Origin: Candidatus Bathyarchaeota archaeon | GTDB lineage: Archaea; Thermoproteota; Bathyarchaeia; Bathyarchaeales; Bathyarchaeaceae | Assembly (NCBI GenBank): GCA_030672415.1 | Contig: DAOVGL010000024.1 | Span: forward strand, 1-43,576 | Length of the DNA stretch: 43,576 nt | Direction: 5' to 3' | Part shown: positions 1-9,119 of the stretch, one piece after another | Numbering within the stretch: the stretch's first letter is position 1 | Layout: each line of letters starts with the position of its first letter | Position numbers and translations under genes: made by a program | The notes under the pieces: model-generated | What the model saw: only the letters and a program-made list of their open reading frames with translations | The model's database searches: none | What the model was told of the DNA's origin: nothing

Positions 1-2
1 AG

Positions 3-215
3 GATAATGGCATAGGCATACCTAAAGCAGAGAAAGAGAAGATTTTCAGAGAAGGCTACGGGAAAGGCACAGGCTACGGATTATTCTTGATAAAGAGAAT
101 GTGCGAAGTGTACGGTTGGATCATACGAGAAACAGGTAAGCGGGGCAAAGGAGCCAAATTCACCATAACCATACCTAGAATGGGTGAAAAAAAAATAAAC
201 TATAAACTTCATTAA
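3..215 (+). CDS. Sensor histidine kinase, C-terminal HATPase_c fragment (5' end outside window)
   Basis: Manual translation from nt 3: DNGIGIPKAEKEKIFREGYGKGTGYGLFLIKRMCEVYGWIIRETGKRGKGAKFTITIP...* shows G1 (DNGxGI), F and G2 (GTGYGL) boxes; stop TAA at 213-215. Confidence 0.9.
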   Translation, partial: DNGIGIPKAEKEKIFREGYGKGTGYGLFLIKRMCEVYGWIIRETGKRGKGAKFTITIPRMGEKKINYKLH

Positions 216-260
216 CCCGTGGTCATCGAAGCCAAAAACGAGAATGCGCACACTTTACTG

Positions 261-869
261 CTATTTGAGGCGTGATTTTCCGGTTATGATGAAGATTGTT
301 TTGCCTTTAGTTTGAGAAAGATGCCTCGCCCTTCTTAACACGTTGCACGTGATATCCAAGAGATCCTCAAGACTATTTGTGTAGTTTTTTCTTTCTATCC
401 TTGATGCCAATTCGGTTTTGATTAGATGTTCAGCTAGGATGGACGTTCCACAAACTTCTCCGTTTCTAATCAGCGCTTTTACTAAAATGTCTTCGATTTT
501 ACTACGATTCCCATGTTGTCTCCATACGCGTTCAGCTTGGTCTAGTCGTTTGAGATTTTTCTTCAAGCGTTGAGATTCTTCGGGTTCTGTGACAAGCTCA
601 ACCCTTTCATTCCATTTTTTCATCCAAATTCCACACCAAATGTTCATGAACTCTTTGAGTTCTTCAGGTTCTTCATGAACGTATCTGCGTATTCTTTCTG
701 TAAATTCAAGTTGAGCTATTTCTTGGTCTGTGAGTTTCCAGTGAAACATCAAATAATTCGTGAAGTCTTGGCTGGCTATGCGTAGAAGTCTCTTGTCTGA
801 CCTTTGTAGGTCGAATTGGGGATTTCTGTTTCTTAGGCTTTCTGATAGAAGCAACTTAACAAGGTTCAT
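261..869 (-). CDS. Hypothetical protein (202 aa, helical, charged)
   Basis: Long ATG-started ORF with protein-like composition; no motif recognised. Confidence 0.7.
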   Translation of the reverse strand: MNLVKLLLSESLRNRNPQFDLQRSDKRLLRIASQDFTNYLMFHWKLTDQEIAQLEFTERIRRYVHEEPEELKEFMNIWCGIWMKKWNERVELVTEPEESQRLKKNLKRLDQAERVWRQHGNRSKIEDILVKALIRNGEVCGTSILAEHLIKTELASRIERKNYTNSLEDLLDITCNVLRRARHLSQTKGKTIFIITGKSRLK

Positions 870-977
870 CTCGGTTCTCTATGAGAACCGATTGTTGCTA
901 GTGTATTATTCTGTTATTTCAGTCTGTGGCATATATCAAGTCTAGAAAATACGTGCGTGCATGTCACAGTTTATGAG

Positions 978-1353
978 TTAAGTTGGTGAATGTTTCCAGA
1001 ACAGGTAAACTTTTGATTGATTAAGCTGCGCTAGACGTCTAAGCCCTCGAGCGAGATTCTCTATATCAGTTCGTTGCAACCATTTTCTGTAGTCTTCCAT
1101 GGTGAAGTACCCATGCTGGCCTGCGATTCTTCTGTTGTAAGGATAACTGAAACAGCTGAGGATCCTGCATTCTTGTTGATAGAAGCTATACCCCCAGAAA
1201 ACATAGCATTCATACTCTAAGCCGGCATTGTTTTTGACACGTATTCCCTGTCGTTCCAGAAAATTCTATAGGGGGAAGATTTTTCCTTAAAGTTTTAAGC
1301 ACACACAGTTGTTCTTCAAGAAAAAAACTGCCATTGACGGCTGAAACGGACAT
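978..1353 (-). pseudogene. Frameshifted hypothetical gene (124 aa if one base is removed from the A4 run at 1260-1263)
   Basis: ATG at 1353 follows the stop of the upstream ORF. It reads MSVSAVNGSFFLEEQLCVLKTLRKNLPPIEF, then continues in another frame as LERQGIRVKNNAGLEYECYVFWGY...KHSPT* to TAA at 978-980; span is 376 nt (3n+1). Confidence 0.5.
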
Positions 1354-1357
1354 GGTT

Positions 1358-1627
1358 TTACTCTTTACTCGATCTTTCGGCAAGAATAGTCACACTCTTC
1401 ACACCGAATGTTTCAGTAGCCCATTGTGCAGATTTTGAAAGAAACAGGTATTGTGGATTTTCCCTTATCTTAATAATTTTCATGTCTCCAGATTCTATAG
1501 CTCGTTTGCATCTGTACACTCTATTCTGGTCAACAGACTTCACCTTCTTCCAAAACATAGTGGTTACCGTTATCTCCTTCATTGTTGCAGGGGCTGTCAT
1601 CGGTCTAGTGTGGATTATCTGGGGCAC
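1358..1627 (-). CDS. Hypothetical protein (89 aa)
   Basis: GTG-started ORF, co-oriented with and ending 4 nt before the next minus-strand ATG. Confidence 0.5.
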   Translation of the reverse strand: MPQIIHTRPMTAPATMKEITVTTMFWKKVKSVDQNRVYRCKRAIESGDMKIIKIRENPQYLFLSKSAQWATETFGVKSVTILAERSSKE

Positions 1628-1734
1628 TAGATGGCTACACGCCTTCTGACTGAAAATGCATTTCCCTAAACTGCATAACTTCCCTTTTTGTGCTAAAATA
1701 ACGGTTATAAACGAATTGGACGTAATTACTCTTT

Positions 1735-2010
1735 ATGCCAAACAAAGTTCATTGCGCCCACATCCTTGTGAAGACCGAGAAACAGGCAAACACGGTTTTG
1801 GACCGGCTGAAGAACGGAGAAAAGTTTGCAAACATTGCTAAGGACGTTTCGCTGTGTCCCTCAGGAAAACGCGGCGGAGACCTAGGAACCTTCGGCAGAG
1901 GAAAAATGGTGAAAGAGTTTGAGAAAGCCGCTTTCGCTCTTCAGAAAGGACAGATTTCGCCCACTGTAAAAACGAAGTATGGATATCACATAATAAAGAG
2001 GCTTGAATAG
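1735..2010 (+). CDS. ppiC: Parvulin-type peptidyl-prolyl cis-trans isomerase (single domain)
   Basis: HILV, FANIAKDVSLCPS, GGDLG, MVKEFEKAAF and GYHII rotamase motifs; TATA-like TTATAAA about 25 nt upstream. Confidence 0.95.
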   Translation: MPNKVHCAHILVKTEKQANTVLDRLKNGEKFANIAKDVSLCPSGKRGGDLGTFGRGKMVKEFEKAAFALQKGQISPTVKTKYGYHIIKRLE

Positions 2011-2074
2011 CCTATTCTCTTTAATTTGCGTGGACCGTTTCTGTGCTCACACATGCGAAGGGAGAAACATATGC

Positions 2075-2296
2075 ATGCAGGTGAAGCTTCTTCGGGAGCT
2101 TTGGGAAAGCGGCGTACACGACTTGAGCGTGCTAGCACAAAAAATAGAGCGATCTGAAGGAACCATTAAAGAAAAACTGAGGCGTATGGGCGTACTTGTT
2201 GTTGTGCAAAAACCGCAGAAAAAGCACACAACAACAAGTGTGTCTCTCAGTAAAGATCTGTTTACGCACGAACAGGCTTTTCAATTTTTAGTATAA
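2075..2296 (+). pseudogene. Degenerate helix-turn-helix protein fragment
   Basis: LRELWESG...LSVLAQKIERSEGTIKEKLRRMG looks like an HTH; poor start context and early stop. Confidence 0.4.
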
Positions 2297-2402
2297 TAAA
2301 TGGTGAGTGTTTAATCCTTCAAGAGTCACGCTGAGGTTGAGCTCGAAAACCCGAGAACTTTTCATCTCTGCAGGAAAACGTCGTGAAGCTAAGAATGGGT
2401 TT

Positions 2403-3815
2403 TTAAACTGTGCTTCTCCATCTAGTTCCATCTGCTGTGTCTTCCAAGGTGATTCCCAGATCCCTTAACCTTAACCTGATCTTGTCGGACATTTGCCAAT
2501 CTTTGGTTTCTCTGCACTCTTGCCTTAATTCAATAAGCAAATCTACCAAGTCGCCTACGATTCCCAAGTCGACCTTTCTCTCTTCCTTTTGAAGTATGTT
2601 GAATATACCACCTAACTCTCTGAAAGCATTCACGACTTTTTCAAGCAAGTTCGCGTTTATTGTTTCGTGGCTGTCGACAAACTTGTTTACTTCGTTAGCC
2701 AAGTCGAATAATGCTGTAAGAGCGTAAGGGGAGTTGAAGTCGTCGTCCATCGCTTTTACAAACTTATCGCGGCATCGCAGTATCTTCTTCTCTAACTCCT
2801 CATTCTTTTCGATTTCCGGTCTAGACGCAAGTTTCCGGACGTTACTTAAGGCGTTACGGAGAGTTTGAAGACTTCGCTCCGCCTGCCCCAAACTTGCCTC
2901 ACTGAAATCAATGATGCTTCTATAGTGCGCAGAAGCAAAGAAGAACCTCAGAACTTCGGGGTCATGCCTTTTCAAGGCGTCTCGAACTGTGACAAAATTG
3001 CCCAAAGACTTCGACATTTTCTTCCCGTCAACCTTGAGAACTCCCGTATGCACCCAATATTTCACAAGCGGTTTTCTCCCTGTTGCAGCTTCGGCTTGGG
3101 CGATCTCAGCTTCATGATGGGGAAATATGAGCTCAACTGCGCCTCCGTGGATATCGTATTGCGGTCCGAAATAGTGCGTTGTGATCGCCGTGTCTTCTAT
3201 GTGCCAGCCTGGTCTCCCTCTCCCCCAAGGCGAGTCCCAGCCCAACTCCTCTGGCCCTCGCTTCTTCCATAAGGCAAAGTCGGGGGCGCTTTTCTTCGTT
3301 GGATCGGGTTCTATCCTGTGTTTCCTGAGTTCCGAAGGGTTTTGGTGAGAGAGGACGCCGAGGTCCTTAAACTTGGTGATGTCATAGTAAACGCCTGTTT
3401 CCGTCTCGTACGCGTATCCCTTGTCGATGAGGGTCTTCACTTGGTCGATGATCTCTGGGATGTGCTCTGATGCTCTGGCGAATAGGTTCATGCTTCGAAT
3501 GTCGAGCGTAGCCATGTCTTCGTAAAAATACTTTTCATATTCCTGCGCTAATTCAAGCGGCTCAGTTCCGATGTTTTCTGCTCTGTTTATGATCTTGTCG
3601 TCTACGTCTGTGATGTTCATGACATAAAATAAACTGTACCCCTTGTACCTGAGATAACGTGCGATAATGTCGTAGGATACATAAGTCCTTGCGTGTCCTA
3701 GGTGAGAGAGGTCGTAGGTTGTTGGACCGCACACGAACATGTTCACTCTGTTTCCACGTATCGGTTTGAAAACCGCTCTTTTTCTGCTCAAAGTATTGTA
3801 AATCCTTAAGACCAT
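2403..3815 (-). CDS. cysS: Cysteinyl-tRNA synthetase
   Basis: CGPT, HLGHAR (HIGH), GRPGWHIE, DIHGG..LIFPHHE, KMSKS, MDDDFN; GAGGTG SD upstream. Confidence 0.97.
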   Translation of the reverse strand: MVLRIYNTLSRKRAVFKPIRGNRVNMFVCGPTTYDLSHLGHARTYVSYDIIARYLRYKGYSLFYVMNITDVDDKIINRAENIGTEPLELAQEYEKYFYEDMATLDIRSMNLFARASEHIPEIIDQVKTLIDKGYAYETETGVYYDITKFKDLGVLSHQNPSELRKHRIEPDPTKKSAPDFALWKKRGPEELGWDSPWGRGRPGWHIEDTAITTHYFGPQYDIHGGAVELIFPHHEAEIAQAEAATGRKPLVKYWVHTGVLKVDGKKMSKSLGNFVTVRDALKRHDPEVLRFFFASAHYRSIIDFSEASLGQAERSLQTLRNALSNVRKLASRPEIEKNEELEKKILRCRDKFVKAMDDDFNSPYALTALFDLANEVNKFVDSHETINANLLEKVVNAFRELGGIFNILQKEERKVDLGIVGDLVDLLIELRQECRETKDWQMSDKIRLRLRDLGITLEDTADGTRWRSTV

Positions 3816-3830
3816 TTTGGCACCTCTTAG

Positions 3831-3904
3831 AGCCTAGGAGGGGATTTGAACCCCTATGAAACCGCTCTGCAGGCGGTTACCTTACCGGACTCGGTCACCT
3901 AGGC
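3831..3904 (-). tRNA. tRNA-Cys(GCA), no intron, CCA not encoded
   Basis: Reverse complement GCCTAGG...ACCGC-CTGCAGA-GCGGT...AGGGGTTCAAATCCCCT-CCTAGGC-T gives acceptor stem, anticodon GCA, T-arm and U73 discriminator. Confidence 0.95.
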
Positions 3905-4165
3905 ACTGGGCTATCCTTATATTTCATCACCTAGTTTGCTCTTTGAGGCTCACTTAAATTTTACTTTGTCCATCATTTAGGCTTGCGGTTGTTGCATTAA
4001 ACTTTAGAAAGGTGTTTATTTTCCATTCATAACCGTCTACGGATCATTTATTGAAAGAACACCTAAATAATGCGAATGCATATTCTCGTTAACAAAATGT
4101 GTATCTAAAAACACGCATGTTTTTGTCAAAAACCCATAAATAATGTGGTCTATATCTTAATATTT

Positions 4166-5653
4166 ATGTTAAAGCCTTTAAAAGAAGCCTGCGGCGTCTT
4201 CGGAGCTCAAAATTTCGAACACAAACCAGTGTTTCCACACATTTACTGGGGATTAAGAGCACAGAACCACCGCGGTCACCAGTCGCATGGCTTCCTCACG
4301 TTTCACAATAATTTTCATGTACATAGAGACTTAGACTTAGTTCCGAAAATAAAAAAAGAGGAAATTCAAGGATGGCTTAACCGGTTGCCAGGTTATGTTG
4401 GTATAGGAAGCATACGATACACAACTTCCGGTGGAACCGACGAACAATCGTTGGTAAAGGGTGCTCAACCCATATTAGCGCAGTCAGAAAAAAGGGGAGT
4501 TGGGATATCGTTTAATGGTAACATTGTTAACAATTTTGGGTTAAAGAGAGAACTTGAGAAACGATTTCCAAGTTTTTCTTGTGAATGTGACGCAGAAGTG
4601 ATTTGTAGAAAACTTCTCATGGAACTAGTGGAAAACGATGATTTAGCTTCGTCGGTTAGAACGTGCATGAAGGAACTAGAAGGCGCCTTCTCCATAGCAG
4701 GAGTAACTCAAAACGGGGAACTCTTCGCCTTCAAAGACCCTCATGGAATAAGACCGCTCTGTTGCGGATGCAGCGAAGACCGCAAGACATACGCTGTATC
4801 CTCAGAAACTGTTGGTTTAGACATCAACGGCTTTGAACAGTGTTTCGAAATAAATCCTGGAGAACTCGTGATCGCGTCAAAGGATGGTTTCGTGCGAAAT
4901 CAACTCGTTAGAGGCGAGAAAAAAGCGTTCTGCTGCTTTGAATTTGCGTATTTTTCTAGACCAGACTCAACTATTGGAAACAAACATGTTTATGAAATAA
5001 GAGAAGATTTTGGAAGAAATCTTGGAAGAGAGTATTCTGAAATCGCAGAAAAAGCAGACATAATTATGTCAATACCAGAAACTGGCAATGACGCTGCGTA
5101 TGGGCTTCATGAAGAAACTGGCGTGAGGTGGGAGAGAGCTTCAAGAAGGCATAGATACGTGACTGAACGAGCGTTCATTCTGTTGTCACGTGAACGATTC
5201 ACAACAATCGACAGAAAAATCAACATCCTTGACCGCAGGATTAGTGGAAAAACCATTGCGGTGGTTGAGGACAGCATAGTAAGAGGCGACACTACAAAGG
5301 TGATTATAGAAAAACTGCGCAAAAAAGGAGCAAAGAAGGTTCATGTGTTCATTACGTTTCCAAGAATAACAAGTCCCTGCTTTTACGGAATTGACATGGC
5401 AACCTACAACGAGCTGATAGGGTCCAGATATGGTGCTGAAGAAATAGCTGAGAGAATAGGTGCAGACACCGTTAACTATCAGTCAATTGATGGTCTCGTT
5501 AGAGCCACCGGCATGAAGAAAGACGAATTGTGTTTAGGATGCGTCACCGGAAAGTATCCCACTCCCTTGGCTCAAAAACTGGCAGACGAGATGAAGGAAA
5601 AATTTGATAGAGGATTCAAAGAAACTGGGAGAATATACGAAATTATGGCTTAG
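4166..5653 (+). CDS. purF: Amidophosphoribosyltransferase
   Basis: Propeptide MLKPLKEA then CGVFG nucleophile, HRG, RYTTSG, NGNIVN, EDSIVRG PRPP loop, Fe-S cysteines (CCFEF, PCFYGID, CLGC); ATG 4166 preferred to GTG 4145. Confidence 0.95.
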   Translation: MLKPLKEACGVFGAQNFEHKPVFPHIYWGLRAQNHRGHQSHGFLTFHNNFHVHRDLDLVPKIKKEEIQGWLNRLPGYVGIGSIRYTTSGGTDEQSLVKGAQPILAQSEKRGVGISFNGNIVNNFGLKRELEKRFPSFSCECDAEVICRKLLMELVENDDLASSVRTCMKELEGAFSIAGVTQNGELFAFKDPHGIRPLCCGCSEDRKTYAVSSETVGLDINGFEQCFEINPGELVIASKDGFVRNQLVRGEKKAFCCFEFAYFSRPDSTIGNKHVYEIREDFGRNLGREYSEIAEKADIIMSIPETGNDAAYGLHEETGVRWERASRRHRYVTERAFILLSRERFTTIDRKINILDRRISGKTIAVVEDSIVRGDTTKVIIEKLRKKGAKKVHVFITFPRITSPCFYGIDMATYNELIGSRYGAEEIAERIGADTVNYQSIDGLVRATGMKKDELCLGCVTGKYPTPLAQKLADEMKEKFDRGFKETGRIYEIMA

Positions 5654-5677
5654 GCCTATGTTTTAATGGTGTTCATA

Positions 5678-7093
5678 ATGGACCGGGTAGGCATTTTGGT
5701 TGTCTGCTATGGTTCAAGAGGAGTCGCCATAGTGGACTCTTTCAGCCGTAGTCAAAATTACGCCACCGAAATCTATGTTATAGACAAGCAAAGGAATCCC
5801 TACAACGTGAAAAAGGCGAAGAAACACGTTGTTATTCCCGATTTTGATGTGGAAAAGATTTGTAAGTTTGCCAAGAAACATGAAAGAATGATTGATTTTG
5901 GAATAGTTGGTCCTGAAAAACCGATAATCAACGGTGTCAGAGATGTTGTTGAAAGAGAAACCGAGATACCAATGATCTGCCCAACCAGAGAATACGCTAT
6001 TGAGGGAAGTAAAGTTGCACAAAGACGCCTGTTTCAGAGGGTTGTACCCGAAGCAAATCCAAGTTTTAGAGTGTTTGACCCAAAAGATTACAGCACCCTA
6101 AGTAAAGTGAAGAGAAACCTCAACGTGTGGCTAGACGAACTTAACAACAAGGTTGCCATAAAACCTGACCGACCTGCCGCGGGAAAAGGCGTCGGCGTCT
6201 GGGGCGACCACTTCAACACTCGAGAACAGCTACTAGAACATTTTTTATCCAACTACGAATATGGCGCAGTGATAGTGGAAAAAAAGGTTGATGGTGAAGA
6301 ATCCAGTTTCCAAGCGTTTTGCGACGGAAAACACTTAGCGCCGTTGCCAGAAACACGCGACTACAAGAGAGCCTTCGATGAGGATAAAGGACCTAACACG
6401 GGCGGAATGGGCTCCTACAAAGATGTGAGCGACTGGTTACCCTTCATGACACCAGCTGACAAAGAGAAAGAGATCCAAATCGTAAACAAGATTTTCAAAA
6501 AGTTAAAGGGAAAAGGCAGCAACCCCGGATTGCGGGGTGTTCCATTTTACGAGGCCTTTATACACACAGGAAGAGGACCAAAAATCTTGGAAAACAACAG
6601 TAGACCCGGCGACCCGGAGATACAGAATTTGTTACCTATATTGAAGGACGATTTTGTGGACGTATGCTTCAGAATACTTGATGGAAACTTGAGGCGGGTC
6701 CGATTTGAAAAAAGAGCAACCGTCGTAACTTACATGGCGCCGCCAAACTACGGCGGGTTCAAGAACGTCTTCCCTGAACGTGTAAATTCAAGCGAGATTG
6801 ATAAGCCAGTGGATTTAAGCGGAGCCTATGGTTTGACTAAAAAATATGAAGAGAGAGTCAGAATTTACCCGGGCTCAATGGAACTGAGAGATGATGGACA
6901 AACCTATGCCCTCGACTCTAGAACATTGTGCGCTGTTGGCATCGGAGAGAACATTGAAAACGCTAGGGAAAATTCGTTAGATGGTCTTAGGGCGGTTAAA
7001 GGTGGAGCATTGTGGTTCAGAGCTGACATTGCCTCGAGAGACCACATAACAAAAAGCATGGAACACATGAAGAGGCTGAGGAGCCAGTGGTGA
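5678..7093 (+). CDS. purD: Phosphoribosylamine-glycine ligase (divergent archaeal type)
   Basis: VGPE, EGSK, AAGKGV, RDYKRAFDEDKGPNTGGMGS, NSRPGDPE, FRADIA; alternative start at 5666. Confidence 0.93.
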   Translation: MDRVGILVVCYGSRGVAIVDSFSRSQNYATEIYVIDKQRNPYNVKKAKKHVVIPDFDVEKICKFAKKHERMIDFGIVGPEKPIINGVRDVVERETEIPMICPTREYAIEGSKVAQRRLFQRVVPEANPSFRVFDPKDYSTLSKVKRNLNVWLDELNNKVAIKPDRPAAGKGVGVWGDHFNTREQLLEHFLSNYEYGAVIVEKKVDGEESSFQAFCDGKHLAPLPETRDYKRAFDEDKGPNTGGMGSYKDVSDWLPFMTPADKEKEIQIVNKIFKKLKGKGSNPGLRGVPFYEAFIHTGRGPKILENNSRPGDPEIQNLLPILKDDFVDVCFRILDGNLRRVRFEKRATVVTYMAPPNYGGFKNVFPERVNSSEIDKPVDLSGAYGLTKKYEERVRIYPGSMELRDDGQTYALDSRTLCAVGIGENIENARENSLDGLRAVKGGALWFRADIASRDHITKSMEHMKRLRSQW

Positions 7094-8193
7094 GTCCAAA
7101 AGCATCCCAACAGAGGAGGCTGTTTATTTCCGATTGTGAAGGCCCAATATCAAAAAATGACAACGCTTACGAATTGAGCGAACACTTCATTCCAAAAGGA
7201 GACTCATTTTTCGCCTTAGTTAGCAGGTATGACGACGTTCAAGCTGACGTTGTTAAGAGACCAGAATATAAGGCTGGAGACACTTTGCGGCTGATACTGC
7301 CCTTTCTAAAAGCGTACGGAGTAACCAACGAAAAAATAAAAAAAGTCTCTAAGGATCGTATTTTGTTGGTTCCCGGCGCTAAAGACACGCTTCATTTTGT
7401 CAATAACCTTATGCCTTCTTTCATTGTAAGCACCAGCTATGAACAGTACATACACGCATTATGTAACTTGGTAGAGTTTCCATGCGAAAATGTTTATTGC
7501 ACTGCATTGGACCTAGACAGGTATCAAATCAGCAAGAAAGAAGTTGAACGGTTGAGACAGCTAAGAGAAGAAATAACCGCCTTGAATATGATAGAGATTC
7601 CCAAAGGCGCAGTCTCAATCAACGACTTTTCTGAAAGAAACAAAAAAACAATCAGAAGACTAGACGATATATTCTGGGAAGAAATCACTGAGATGGAATC
7701 TGGCAAGATGTTGAAAGATGTTAATCCTGTGGGGGGATTTGAAAAAGCACATGCCATTGAAGATATAGTAGAAAAGACGGATAGTCGCCTCTCAGACGTG
7801 ATGTATGTGGGAGACAGCATCACAGATGTTCAGTCGTTTCAGTTAGTGAAACAGAACGGTGGGCTAACGGTTTCCTTCAACGGCAACCGCTACGCTGTAC
7901 GTGAAGCTGAAGTCGCCGTGCTTTCCAAAAACACAATCGTAACATCGATTCTAGCGGATGCCTTCAGCAAATTTGGCAAAAGTCACGTTGTTAAGTTGGT
8001 TGAAGAATGGAGTTATTCCGCGTTAAAACGCTATCGCGTCACCTCTGCACTACGAAACCGCATAGTTGAATTGTATCCCGAAACTCTTCCTCAAGTCGAG
8101 ATGATAACTTCTGAAAACAAGGAGAGGCTGATGGAGGAAAGCAGTGCTTTCAGGAAGACAGTTCGAGGAGAAGCTATAGGAAGGTTAGGATAA
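7087..8193 (+). CDS. HAD-superfamily hydrolase, COG4030/EhaR-like
   Basis: Motif I variant SDCEGP, motif II VSTS, Lys in GGFEK, motif IV GDSITD, SFNGN; overlaps the purD stop. Confidence 0.85.
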   Translation: MVSPKASQQRRLFISDCEGPISKNDNAYELSEHFIPKGDSFFALVSRYDDVQADVVKRPEYKAGDTLRLILPFLKAYGVTNEKIKKVSKDRILLVPGAKDTLHFVNNLMPSFIVSTSYEQYIHALCNLVEFPCENVYCTALDLDRYQISKKEVERLRQLREEITALNMIEIPKGAVSINDFSERNKKTIRRLDDIFWEEITEMESGKMLKDVNPVGGFEKAHAIEDIVEKTDSRLSDVMYVGDSITDVQSFQLVKQNGGLTVSFNGNRYAVREAEVAVLSKNTIVTSILADAFSKFGKSHVVKLVEEWSYSALKRYRVTSALRNRIVELYPETLPQVEMITSENKERLMEESSAFRKTVRGEAIGRLG

Positions 8194-8213
8194 ATTAAAA
8201 TCGGGATGACTTT

Positions 8214-9119
8214 ATGGTCGTCAAGATCGAAGACACCTACGCAGAAGCCTTCGAAGGCTTGTACTCTCGAGTTATAATAACTGCAGACGACGAGGAAGTT
8301 TTGAGAAAAGCCGCTGAAGACGCCACAGCCAACCCATCAATTGTCATCGGCAGAATCGAAGGAAGCATAGAGAAATGGCTAAGCGAAGACGACACGCCGA
8401 ATGAACGCAAAGGCGCAATCATACAGTTTTGGGGAGGCATAGATGAAAGAAAACCCCTTAACGACTCAATCAAGAAGTTTGAAATTGAAATGTCCTATTC
8501 CATACGCCAAAACATACTTGTCAAACCCTTCACCTCCGTCTTCGACGCCCTTCCCAACCCAGATGGAAAAATTGATATTATGAAACATATAGGGCATTGT
8601 GGAGACGGATTTGAGTGGGAAGAGAAACTATACGGACGTAACATGATCAACGTCCCTCTAATGGTCTCCAATTTCCATATAGAGCGCTATCTAGGCTATG
8701 GACGAGGGGTAATGGGCGGCAACTTCTGGTACATGTGCAAAACCAAGCAAGCAGTGATGAAAGCTGGAAAGAAAGCGCTAAAAGCCATAAGCCAAATAGA
8801 AGGCGTCATCACACCATTCGACATCTGCTCAGCAGGTTCAAAACCTGAAACTAATTTTCCATGGATAGGACCCACCACAAACCATCCCTACTGTCCAACG
8901 CTTAAAAAGAAGCTGGGAAACCAATCGAAAGTTCCAGAAGGTGTCAAGTATATTCCAGAAATCGTGATCAACGGCGTATCCATCCAAGCGGTTAAGGAAG
9001 CGATGAGAGCTGGCATCCACGCAGCCATGAATGTGAATGAGGTGTCAAAAATCTCTGCTGGAAATTACGGAGGAAAACTGGGAAAATACCGGATATATCT
9101 GCGAGAGTTGTTTCCATGA
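8214..9119 (+). CDS. Formylmethanofuran:H4MPT formyltransferase (Ftr) paralogue, EhaS-like
   Basis: [42 protein letters not shown] and [10 protein letters not shown] are Ftr-family motifs; N-terminal region differs from canonical Ftr. Confidence 0.9.
   Translation: MVVKIEDTYAEAFEGLYSRVIITADDEEVLRKAAEDATANPSIVIGRIEGSIEKWLSEDDTPNERKGAIIQFWGGIDERKPLNDSIKKFEIEMSYSIRQNILVKPFTSVFDALPNPDGKIDIMKHIGHCGDGFEWEEKLYGRNMINVPLMVSNFHIERYLGYGRGVMGGNFWYMCKTKQAVMKAGKKALKAISQIEGVITPFDICSAGSKPETNFPWIGPTTNHPYCPTLKKKLGNQSKVPEGVKYIPEIVINGVSIQAVKEAMRAGIHAAMNVNEVSKISAGNYGGKLGKYRIYLRELFP

Noticed and set aside
1266..1268. In-frame TAG upstream of the 978-1265 open frame as possible pyrrolysine readthrough
   Set aside because: A TAA lies a few codons further upstream with no start codon between; a one-base frameshift explains the region better.
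3831..3904. tRNA-Cys as attachment site of an integrated element
   Set aside because: No duplicated tRNA end or integrase was seen; cysS follows immediately.
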